A program made the position numbers and the translations under genes. A DNA stretch of 63,868 bases, the filler included, from Octopus bimaculoides (taxonomy: Eukaryota): the NCBI RefSeq assembly GCF_001194135.2. It is 6 parts of 5 records of this genome, joined end to end, with 100 filler letters (N's around TTAATTAATTAA, not from the genome) between each part and the next. Parts side by side here need not be neighbours in the genome. Positions count along the whole stretch, not along the records: positions 39,981 to 54,809 come from NC_068983.1; positions 54,910 to 61,848 come from NC_068998.1; positions 61,949 to 63,868 come from NW_026313346.1; 3 more parts are not named here. One strand, given 5' to 3'. Below the pieces are notes generated by a model, which did no database searches, was not told the DNA's origin, and worked only from the letters and a program-made list of their open reading frames with translations. Positions 53,286 through 63,868 of this stretch are shown in pieces (position 1 is the first letter of the stretch; each line of letters opens with the position of its first letter).

Positions 53286-53879
53286 CACGGGGCGCTGTAT
53301 GAAAAGTGCGTAATAAGCCTCAAACAGGAAGGGACGAATAATAAGATATAATGAACAAGTTTCTAAAGATAGACTAGCTGAAGTGATAGCAGAGGCTGAT
53401 AAATCAGTGGGAGAAATAAAAAAATATGTATCTAGATATACGTGCACGTGTACAATGTACATATAAATGTGTATATGGACTATAATGTAGGTACACATAC
53501 TTATATACCAAGACACACACTCATACTTGTATATAAGTGTGTGTGTGTGTATGCGTGTCTGTGTGCGTGCGTGAGTGTGTTTGTGCGTGTGTGTGTTTAT
53601 ACATGTATTATTAAACAATTAAGAAATTAAAAGTAAAAATTAAAAAGTTAAAAATGTAAGATATCGCTAAGTCAAATTAGATTATTAGGGATTACCTAGG
53701 GGGTGTTCGGTATATGTACCGTCTGGTGATTTAGATTGCATTTAGATAATCTCTAAAACCTAATTTGACGTTCCAATGTCTTACTTAGTGCATATACGCA
53801 TTTATATGTATACGGTTGTGCGTGCACGTATATCTATATATATATATTTTCTGTTTCTATCACTGATTCATCAACCCCC

Positions 53880-54700
53880 TACTACCACTACGTCTATTTT
53901 TTAAAACTTGACCAATATATCTAATTATTCTTCCCTTCCCTCTTGGGGTTTACTACTTATTTGTAGTACATACCACGTACCATTTATTGTACCTATCTCT
54001 CCACCTTAGTGCCTTTCAAATATATCGCCCTACCTCCCACTTCTCACAGATATTCCTTCCTTACATTCTTATCTCTTTCTTCGATCCCTCCCCCTATTAT
54101 TCTTATCTACTGATAGCTCTCCTCTCCCTACCCCTCACATTATCTAGACCACCGTCAAGCACTTTTTCATATTCTCTTTCCATTTCTTTCTTTATTTCTT
54201 TCCTCGCATATTACTCTTGACCATTACAATTCCCTTTCTAACATACATATCTACTTTCTTCTTTCTACCTACTTACCCTACCAGTACTTTCTCAGTATTT
54301 CATTCACACTGCGAAGCCCCTATGGATAAACAGCACATGGAATTAATGTCTCCACACTATCCATCTGTAATAACAAAATTCCTATCGGAATCTTCATACC
54401 ATGGACAAGTAGATTTTCTACCCATTCTACACAGCACTTTCCTTCGATAATAGAACTGCAAGTGTAACATCCAACATGTATTCTTATATTTATTCGTTCA
54501 TTTCCCTTTATACTTCCTATATCTCCCCCTTTCCCATTTTTCTCTATTTAATTCTCTCATATCATTGCTGATGAAGAGATATCCCTCAAATCCCTGAAAC
54601 AGCTGTAAGACTACAGTTTTCTTTATAAATGTCCTAGAAATTTCATACTAACTTGGCTTTGTTGTCTCAGTTTATGTAACATATGCATTAAATTCCTCAC
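53880..54700 (+). mobile_element. Penelope-like pseudo-LTR region with hammerhead core
   Basis: CT-rich body followed by CTGATGA-AGAGAT..ATCCCT-GAAAC-AGCT-GTA. Confidence 0.6.
54562..54613 (+). ncRNA. Type I hammerhead ribozyme motif, core intact, helix I degenerate
   Basis: CTGATGA 54568-54574, helix II AGAGAT/ATCCCT (one mismatch), GAAAC 54596-54600, palindromic ACAGCTGT, GTA site. Confidence 0.65.
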
Positions 54701-54776
54701 TCAAAAATAAATACGCAGTAGGAGCACTATCACTTCCTTATACCACCCCTAGCATACGTATATGTATATGTATATG

Positions 54777-54809
<33 letters not shown>

Positions 54810-54853
54810 NNNNNNNNNNNNNNNNNNNNNNNNNNNNNNNNNNNNNNNNNNNN

Positions 54854-54865
54854 TTAATTAATTAA
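54854..54865. other. Synthetic contig linker
   Basis: TTAATTAATTAA with 44 N each side. Confidence 0.9.
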
Positions 54866-54909
54866 NNNNNNNNNNNNNNNNNNNNNNNNNNNNNNNNNNN
54901 NNNNNNNNN

Positions 54910-55161
54910 CGTATATATGTATATATGTATGTCTGTGTATATGTCTGTGTGTCTGTATTTGTCCCCCCCAAAAAAACTTCGCTTGACAACCGTTGCTGGT
55001 GTGTTTACGTCCCCGTAACTTAGCGGTTCGGCAAAAAGAGACCGATAGAATAAGTACTAGGCTTCCAAAGAATAAGTCCTGGGGTCGATTTGCTCGACTA
55101 AAGGCGGTGCCCCAGCATGGCCGCAGTCAAATGAGTGAAACAAGTAAAAGAGTAAAAGAGT
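54910..55161 (+). mobile_element. SINE family A 3' half
   Basis: cgcttgacaaccg..taacttagcggttcggcaaaagagaccgatag..cagcatggccgcagtc + (GTAAAAGA)n. Confidence 0.9.
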
Positions 55162-55530
55162 ATAGATGGGGTACAGACGAGGACAGCGGCGTCAAACGCT
55201 CTTATCCAACAAATGAGCCAACAACCGGGACAAAAGCTTTTCTATTGTCAAATATATTGATGGTTTATGTGAGAATGCGTATGTGCTTATACCTATCTAT
55301 CTATATATCTATCTAAAAAACGGGTTGGTTTACACAGTCACTTAAAGTCGTACCATTTGACATCGTGGTCTTCGGAAATGAAGAAACTACCATCATGTAT
55401 GTATATATAAACACATACGCAAGATTGATTACACACATACGCATATGACATGAATATAGACTAAGATGTGATGTTGAAGTATTTAACTAAAATCCCTTAA
55501 CGCGGTTCACCATCGTGTCTGCAGTAGACT

Positions 55531-55741
55531 TTTCTACTCTAGGCACAAGGCCTGAAAATTTGGGGAGGGGGCCAGTCGATTAGATTGATCCCAGTACGCA
55601 ACTGGTACTTAATTTCTAGACCCCGAAAGAATGACAGGCAAAGCCGACCTCGGCGGAATTTGAACTCAGGACGTAAAGACAGACGAAATACCACCAAGTA
55701 TTTCCCCCAGCGTGCTAACGTTTCTGCCAGCACGCTGCCTT
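55531..55741 (-). mobile_element. SINE family B, full copy
   Basis: GGCAGCGTGCTGGCAGAAACGTTAGCACG..GAGTTCAAATTCCGCCGAGGTC..CTTGTGCCTAGAGTAGAAA. Confidence 0.9.
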
Positions 55742-56794
55742 AGATTGCTGGAGATTAAGGTGTCACAATCTGGAATTTTTCGGAGCAATTATTTGCAAAT
55801 TGTCCTCCACATGTCTAGAACATACTCAAACATACTGTTCCATTACAGAAGTGAGTTCAATTCCAGCACACTACAGCAGATCAAACTCCAGTCCTGGGGC
55901 TAGTCTCATTTCAAGTTTTCATATCAGTTGGACGAAGAAACAACGTCCATCACATGAAACCCATCACATAGTAGGTAAAACCGACCACCTCCACTAGTTG
56001 TTCCTAATCCCCTACTTACGAGAAATAGCAACCAAATACACACAACACGCGCGCACACGCACACACACACACACATACACACACATACTCGCGCACGCAT
56101 AAACACATGCGCTCTTATACGAACGCACACATATACAGGGCAGCCAGAAGTTCACATAGAAGTGATGTTTTATGGGATCGCAGGATGTGACTCGATCTCA
56201 CGCGTCGCTGTTAACGCCCAGATGGTTTTTATTCCCGTTACCAAACACACGCAGACACAGACACACATATATATACACACTGTTTTGTATGTAATATATT
56301 AATAATGGCATTTTCTTACAAACATGAAGTATATGACACCAGATGGTACGTTATATTTAATGTACTACAAAATGTAGAACTGGATCTATATAAAAACATA
56401 CACATTTATGCACACGCACACAAGCAAACACACACTCACACACACACGCATACGCGTTTAGGTGTATGTGTATATATATGTAGACAAGTAGGTATATATG
56501 AAATACCTGAAATGAAACGTCACTCCCAAAATCTGCGAAGTACAGATATACCTACTCGTCATATATATTTTACCTGTATATTGAGCAATGTGTCTTGAAG
56601 AGACGTGTAGGTAAATCATGCATGTATACAACGTGGTCATCAGCAGGGCAAAACATATTAGTTTTACCACAAATTGGAGTTAAACTCCATAGAATCTGCA
56701 TATAAAATGATCGAGTCATTTGTAAACAAATCAACATCGGTTGTCAAATGGTGGTGGTGGTGGTGGTAAGACATCCACAAAGACACGCACACAC

Positions 56795-56841
<47 letters not shown>

Positions 56842-57083
56842 TATGTATGTGCTTTTAAATAAAGCATATTACTCTACCTCTGGTATTTGAGTACTCTTTT
56901 TTCCACCTTGTTGCACATTTCATGTGCTNNNNNNNNNNNNNNNNNNNNNNNNNNNNNNNNNNNNNNNNNNNNNNNNNNNNNNNNNNNNNNNNNNNNNNNN
57001 NNNNNNNNNNNNNNNNNNNNNNNNNNNNNNNNNNNNNNNNNNNNNNNNNNNNNNNNNNNNNNNNNNNNNNNNNNNNNTGTGTG

Positions 57084-57123
<40 letters not shown>

Positions 57124-57126
<3 letters not shown>

Positions 57127-57285
57127 GGTGGGTTTCTTTTAGTTTCCGTCCACCAAATTCACTCACAAATCCACTCACTCATCTCGAGGCTATTGTAGAA
57201 GACACTAGCCCATGGTGTCACACAGTGGGACTGAACCCGGGGCTATATCATTGGGTTTGGGAAGCAAACTTTTTACCACACAGCC
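57124..57285 (-). mobile_element. SINE family A 5' half
   Basis: ctttctttagtttccgtccacc..gggactgaacccgg..ccacacagcca. Confidence 0.85.
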
Positions 57286-57660
57286 AACTCAATATTCTCG
57301 TTCTCTTTGAAGAACTTATATTTTCTTATTACTATTGTCATAACTTCTTTTTTAAATGAAGAATTGTTCGTGTTGCTATCCCAAGTGAAAGCACAAGACC
57401 TAAAGGTTACGGTATAGATGTAACGATCGTTCGGTCGACGGTTCCATTCTCAGAGGTCCTTCATGTCTTTATTCTACATTTGCAGCATCTTAGGATCTTC
57501 GTTTTGGCCGAGTAAGTCATGTATTCTCGGTCATGGAGCCGGCTGAGAGTACGGGAGTACAAGATCTTATGAGTCTGTAGAGTACAGAAACTGTGAACTT
57601 ATACAGAGGCGTATAGGCTCGAAACGCGACAAATTAGTACTTCATACACACACTTACACG

Positions 57661-58042
57661 TTGTTGGCACTCTGTCGTTTACGACGACGAGGGTTCCAGT
57701 TGATCAGATCAACGGAACAGCCTGCTCGTGAAATTAACGTGCAAGTGGCTGAGCACTCCACAGACACGTGTACCCTTAACGTAGTTCTCGGGGATATTCA
57801 GCGTGACACAGTGTGACAAGGCTGACCTTTGAATTACAGGCACAACAGAAACATGAAGAAAGAGTGAGAGAAAGTTGTGGTGAAAGAGTACAGCAGGGTT
57901 CGCTACCACCCCCTGCCGGAGCCTCGTGGAGCTTTAGGTGTTTTCGCTCAATAAACACTCACAACGCCTGGTCTGGGAATCGAAACTGCGATCCTATGAC
58001 CGCGAGTAAGCTGCCCTAACCACTGGGCCATTGCGCCTCCAC
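57661..58042 (-). mobile_element. SINE family D, complete copy
   Basis: GTGGAGGCGCAATGGCCCAGTGG head; tail ending ACGACAGAGTGCCAACAA. Confidence 0.92.
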
Positions 58043-58126
58043 AACATGCATGATACATACATGCATACATACATGCATACATACATGCATGCATACATAC
58101 GTGTGTACATACATACGTACGTACAT

Positions 58127-58405
58127 GGTGGTTGTCTAATCCTTACACAGAGTTTGACCACCTCCTGCACCTACACCTTAGCCCTTTCATGGCGTCTGAT
58201 GTGAATTTTTAAACCAGACAATGTTTTGAAAAAACACCCACACAGATTGCACCTCTGATTTGTACTACCAATACCTGCAGGTAAGTTCTGCTCATTGTGG
58301 ATCCTAACATGTCTTTTAAGACCCCCATTGGATTTGCAAACCCTCTGGCACACACCACATTCAAATGTGTGCAGAGACATATAGTCAGAATAGTTGGCTG
58401 AAGTT
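58127..58405 (-). mobile_element. 5'-truncated LINE 3' end (probably RTE clade) encoding two C2H2 zinc fingers, 23-bp TSD
   Basis: FECGVCQRVCKSNGGLKRHVRIH and CNLCGCFFKTLSGLKIHIRRH, stop, short UTR; direct repeat TGTACATACATACGTACGTACAT at 58104-58126 and 58406-58428. Confidence 0.75.
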
Positions 58406-58670
58406 TGTACATACATACGTACGTACATACATACAAGCATGCATGCAGGCATATATACATGCGTACATACATGCATACACCATGAAGGCTAAACAAAGTT
58501 TCGGTTTCGGTTCCTGGGCCGGAGGATGTGTTGTGTTCCTGAGTAAAAACACAACGGTGAGTAATCCGGCAACGGACCGGCGCCTTGTGAGGGAGGAGGA
58601 GGAAGGGGTAATATACGGAAAACCGAGCTTATGAGCCTATGCTTCTGGAAGACCCTTTCACACTTTGTGT

Positions 58671-58775
<105 letters not shown>

Positions 58776-59075
58776 GCAATTATGAGAATGTAAAAGCAGA
58801 AAATACACATGCATGCATAAAGATTGAATATACGTATGCGAATATACGTATCACTAATATTTATAATAGATTCACACACACACGCGCACACACACGCGCG
58901 CACACACGCGCGCACACACACACACATGCGCGCGCACATACACACACTCGCGTGCGCACACATATAGGTACACACGCACATAGCGTATATATTTTTTCCT
59001 GTGACAGTGAGGTTATTTAACCTCAAAGAGAGACGGGGTGACGGTAGAGAGAAAATTACATATGAAATAATATAC

Positions 59076-59127
<52 letters not shown>

Positions 59128-59747
59128 ATATATATAGTATATATATATATATAAAAATAGTATATTATATGTATGTAATATATATATATATATATATATT
59201 ACACACACATATACACACACGCATACATGCATATACATATGTATGTATATATATATATATATATATGGGAGAATATGTGTGAGTATGCACACTCGTAAAA
59301 ATGCGTCCACATACACACACACACACACACACACGCACACACGCACACATACACACACGCTGCAAAAAGAAAAGCAAAGTGCTAAAAAAGAACAAACGAC
59401 CCAACAGAAAAAAAAGAAAGAAAAGGACCTCGTCCTTCCCCTACACACGCTGTGTCACATGTAGACAAGATTTGTGAGTTATTAGTTGGATATCACATGA
59501 AGTATTATGGATACACGAGAACATCTCAAGTAAAAGAACATTTTACAGTTAATATGGACGAAAAGTTGGTGAAACTATGGCGGAGAAATGATTTGTAACT
59601 GCAAGTATGAGAGGTGGCTATAAGTATGGTGGTGACGGTAGTGGTGATGGTGGAAGTAGTGGTGGTCGTGTGTTTATGTGTGTGTAATATGTATATATAT
59701 TTATATATGTGTGTGTGAGTGCATCTGTATATGTGCGTATGTATGTA

Positions 59748-59749
<2 letters not shown>

Positions 59750-59796
<47 letters not shown>

Positions 59797-59960
59797 GTCT
59801 GTCTGTCTGTCTGTCTGTTTGTTTGTCTGTCTGTTTGTCAGTCTGTCTGTCTGCTTGCCTGCCTGCCTGCCTGTCTGTCTGTCTGTCTGTCTGTATGCCT
59901 ATTTGCCTGTCTGTCTGTCTATCTGTCTGTTTGTCTATCTGTCTGTCTGTCTGTCTGTCA
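59750..59960. repeat. (TCTA)/(TCTG)/(CCTG) compound microsatellite
   Basis: Direct reading. Confidence 0.95.
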
Positions 59961-60068
59961 CATTCCATTTCATGTGCTTGTGTATGTGTGTGTGTATGTG
60001 TGTGTATGTGTGTATTTATATGTATGATGTATGTGTATTTATGTATATATAAATGTATACATTTACAT

Positions 60069-60100
<32 letters not shown>

Positions 60101-60641
60101 GTATGCATATATACAGTTGCTTCATATTTTCTGATACTGTAGTTAAACGACACAGATAGAGTTACATACGTACACACACTTAATCACTCACACGCACACA
60201 CACTCCCACACACTCCCACACACACAAATATTCACAGACACTCACGCACGCATATATAAACACACACACGTTTCCGCTGTGCTAACGTTTTTGCCTCTAG
60301 AGCAATAAAGACCTTAGGTGTATGCAGATTGTCCTTTATGTTATAAAACAAAAATACTTGACCAGCTCAGCGTTGCCTGTTGAGGAAGCGACCAACCTTG
60401 CTACTTGGATTGCTGGACAAAAGGTTAGGTCTGAAATAATAAAGAACCAACAGAGATGGAACACTTTTCAATATTAAACCATCACACACGCATACGCACA
60501 CACACACACATGCATACACACACACACACGCACATACATACACACGCGCTCGTGCGCGCACACATACATGTAAATATATTCATATACTTAAACACTCATA
60601 TATTGGATCGTTTGTGTTTCTGTGTGTGCGTGTATGTGTGT

Positions 60642-60689
<48 letters not shown>

Positions 60690-60858
60690 ATACACACATA
60701 TTGAAACACTCATATTTACATATGCATACATAGGCATGCACACAAATACATCACACACACATACACACACACACACTCGTGTATTTGCGTTCAATATATC
60801 CACACAAGTATATTTCAATTCGTGTGAGCGATCACTAATTTTTTAGAAAGCCCCCTCC

Positions 60859-60889
<31 letters not shown>

Positions 60890-60944
60890 CGTCTGCGTGT
60901 GCGTGTGCATGTGTGTAGGGTGCGTATCCGTGCACGTGCGCTTG

Positions 60945-61200
60945 ACTGTGTGACGTCGTCTTCGTCGCTGTGTGGTAACAAGTTTCATTCCAAACCACAT
61001 GGTTTCGGACTCGGTCCCACTGCGTGGCACTTACAAGTGCCTTCTGCAATTGCTTTGAACCGAATAAACGCTTCAATGGGGATTTGGATAACGGAAACAG
61101 AAAGAAGCCTGCCAGGTTACCTCAGGAAAATGTCTTTTATTATAGCCACGGGCCTACCAAAGACTTGGAAAAGGATTTGGTTGACGGAAATACATACATA
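60945..61200 (+). mobile_element. SINE family A degenerate 5' part with partial internal repeat
   Basis: gctgtgtggtaacaagttt..ggtcccactgcgtggcac..ggatttgg..acggaaac, body motif repeated at about 61140-61190. Confidence 0.7.
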
Positions 61201-61202
61201 TT

Positions 61203-61245
<43 letters not shown>

Positions 61246-61247
61246 TT

Positions 61248-61848
61248 AAAGTTTCAGCTTAGAGCTGCGGCCATGCTGATGCACCACCGTGTTGCTACAC
61301 TGTTATTACAGGGAGCCTCTTACAATATGTGGCACTTGGTGAAGAATGGAGTTTGATTTAGCAACCCTCATTTGCACCTCCTGCCGCGAGGTAGGTTCAT
61401 CTGGGACTCTCGATAGGAAGAGGTCCAGCTTTGATTTAAAAACTCCTACATCTACTTTATGCACTTCCTCAGGCCCTTTGGGAGAATATTAAAAAGCTGA
61501 ATCCCAAGCTGTTGCAGTAACTGGTCCTGAAGCGCGATGGCATTGCTGGGATCTTTGGCACTATGCAGTGTCGTCCCGTTCTGGCATTGGTGTAGCTTTC
61601 AATGCCAAAATTTGGCACAATTCCTTCCAGGATCTTCCAGATGTATATTACTGCATACCTCTCCCGCCTTCTCTCCAGGGAGTAGAGTCTTAGCTGTTTC
61701 AGCCTTTCCCAGTAGCTGAGCAGTTGCAAAGAGACAATCTTCTTTGTGAATCTCCTCTGGATTGCTTCAAGATCTGCTGTTAATTTCAGACTGGTGGGTG
61801 ACCACAGCTGTGAGCAGTAATCCAGGCGGCTGAGGACGAATGTCCTCC
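61248..61848 (-). mobile_element. CR1-like LINE 3' end, including 3' UTR
   Basis: RTFVLSRLDYCSQLWSP, LEAIQRRFTK, SYWERLKQLRLYSLERRRERY, VPDEP, TAA TAA at 61303-61308, then about 55 nt of UTR. Confidence 0.9.
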
Positions 61849-61892
61849 NNNNNNNNNNNNNNNNNNNNNNNNNNNNNNNNNNNNNNNNNNNN

Positions 61893-61904
61893 TTAATTAA
61901 TTAA
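61893..61904. other. Synthetic contig linker
   Basis: TTAATTAATTAA with 44 N each side. Confidence 0.9.
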
Positions 61905-62885
61905 NNNNNNNNNNNNNNNNNNNNNNNNNNNNNNNNNNNNNNNNNNNNTAAAAACAAGAATTTATATAGTTATACAAAATAAAATTGAAGTTCTAGAAGG
62001 AGCAAAGCCATAGGATGCTAAGAATTGTAGTCTTTTTCGACTTCATTAAAAGAACATTCCTTTACAGAATTGTAGAATGTGTTATGACAGAATTTTCCGG
62101 GAGCATGTTTCCAGTTTCCAGAATAGTAATTTCGAATGTTTGAACTGGAATAGTATGAAATAACGGAAAATAGAGACAAAAAAAGGTTATTCCGTATTCC
62201 TGAGATGATAACAGTACAGTCAGTAATAACCATGTAGACCTGGTGAATCATATTCATGCGATNNNNNNNNNNNNCTATCTGGTACTGACGTTGGAAAGAG
62301 AGGATGTAGAACTGAGACTATCGCGGGTGTGCAACTTATGCTTAGCGGGAACTGTGGGTATCATCAAATCCAGAGAAAACATAATAGACATTCCGTGTCA
62401 TGAAAGCATATATCATGTAAGCATAAAAGCAAGGCATCGATNNNNNNNNNNNNNNNNNNNNTTTGAAGGAGAAAAGCATTAACTGCGTTTAGCATATAAC
62501 AATAGAACATATAAACGATTAAACAAAAGAACCATTATTTTCATATGGTATATACTATACCATTATACCACCAAGAGTAATTAAAAGGAGAATATCATTT
62601 GCCAACTCGNNNNNNNNNNCATTATACCACCAAGAGTAATTAAAAGGAGAATATCATTTGCCAACTCGGTCAATGAACTCCAACAAGTGAATCGCTGTAC
62701 TTGTAGACCCTACTACATCTGAATTCATTGAAGAGGTACTTCATGTGNNNNNNNNNNNNNNNNNNNNNNNNNNNNNNNNNNNNNNNNNNNNNNNNNNNNN
62801 NNNNNNNNNNNNNNNNNNNNNNNNNNNNNNNNNNNNNNNNNNNNNNNNNNNNNNNNNNNNNNNNNNNNNNNNNNNNNNNNNNNNN

Positions 62886-63868
62886 TTGAAAACCACGAGG
62901 GCTCCACAAAAAATCCACGGATGAATTACCACCAGCGACATATCTTCGAAGCGTCCAGTTGAACAATGACTTGAACATTATTCTGGACAACATTAAAAAG
63001 GGTGACACTACCGGGAAGATAAGAAACATGGNNNNNNNNNNNNNNNNNNNNNNNNNNNNNNNNNNNNNNNNNNNNNNNNNNNNNNNNNNNNNNNNNNNNN
63101 NNNNNNNNNNNNNNNNNNNNNNNNNNNNNNNNNNNNNNNNNNNNNNNNNNNNNNNNNNNNNNNNNNNNNNNNNNNNNNNNNNNNNNNNNNNNNNNNNNNN
63201 NNNNNNNNNNNNNNNNNNNNNNNNNNNNNNNNNNNNNNNNNNNNNNNNNNNNNNNNNNNNNNNNNNNNNNNNNNNNNNNNNNNNNNNNNNNNNNNNNNNN
63301 NNNNNNNNNNNNNNNNNNNNNNNNNNNNNNNNNNNNNNNNNNNNNNNNNNNNNNNNNNNNNNNNNNNNNNNNNNNNNNNNNNNNNNNNNNNNNNNNNNNN
63401 NNNNNNNNNNNNNNNNNNNNNNNNNNNNNNNNNNNNNNNNNNNNNNNNNNNNNNNNNNNNNNNNNNNNNNNNNNNNNNNNNNNNNNNNNNNNNNNNNNNN
63501 NNNNNNNNNNNNNNNNNNNNNNNNNNNNNNNNNNNNNNNNNNNNNNNNNNNNNNNNNNNNNNNNNNNNNNNNNNNNNNNNNNNNNNNNNNNNNNNNNNNN
63601 NNNNNNNNNNNNNNNNNNNNNNNNNCATGATGTCCCTAGAAAGATATCCCTCTCTTCTGGTAGAGGGTTATCTTTTCTAGGGACATCATGCACAGAAGAG
63701 AAAGGAGGTGCCCTCGTCTACTCATGATGATCTCGAAAGCACATCAGTGATCGGCAATGAGGGAAAGACGAACAACACACTTTCTGTTGTATGGTTGGAT
63801 CTCGCTAATGCGTAACTAAGCGTGTCCCACCAGTTACCCCGAAATGCATTGGAGTACTACCAACTACC
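62886..63868 (+). mobile_element. HERO-like LINE RT remnant, mostly gap
   Basis: LNNDLNIILDNIKKGD..GKI and LSVVWLDLANA*.SVSHQL...ALEYYQLP (cf. HERO WLDLANAYGSIPH). Confidence 0.7.

Noticed and set aside
58171-58476. Host C2H2 zinc-finger gene exon
   Set aside because: Flanked by a 23-bp TSD, upstream ORF is microsatellite, and the fingers lack TGEKP linkers; fits a LINE 3' end better
60360-60430. Protein-like segment SALPVEEATNLATWIAGQK followed by GT
   Set aside because: A-rich acceptor context, no recognisable homology, no partner exon
62561-62670. Direct 50-bp duplication around a 10-N gap
   Set aside because: Typical unmerged contig overlap at a gap; assembly artefact

Overview
Repeat-dense animal genomic DNA from a gapped draft assembly. 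It is most likely an octopus or other coleoid cephalopod, inferred from recalled SINE sequences and the microsatellite load, not from a search. Five identical synthetic linkers (44 N + TTAATTAATTAA + 44 N) split the window into six pieces whose adjacency may not be biological. No host protein-coding gene, rRNA, tRNA gene or CRISPR array is supportable, and nearly all ORF-track entries are microsatellite or N artefacts. The window holds several tRNA-derived SINE families (A-D are my labels) and decayed non-LTR retrotransposons (R4/Dong-like, HERO-like, RTE, CR1-like). It also has Penelope-like RT and GIY-YIG remnants, a mariner remnant, two hAT-type MITEs with 8-bp TSDs, a Helentron-type non-autonomous element and a U6 retrocopy fused to a SINE. 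The most striking signal is a set of type I hammerhead ribozyme (HHR) motifs: one inside a tRNA-headed SINE-like element (9617-9908), back-to-back pairs in three fold-back palindromes (9999-10399, 16712-16983, 23951-24502), and further copies in Penelope-like terminal repeats. All alignments and folds were done by eye, so most element boundaries are approximate.
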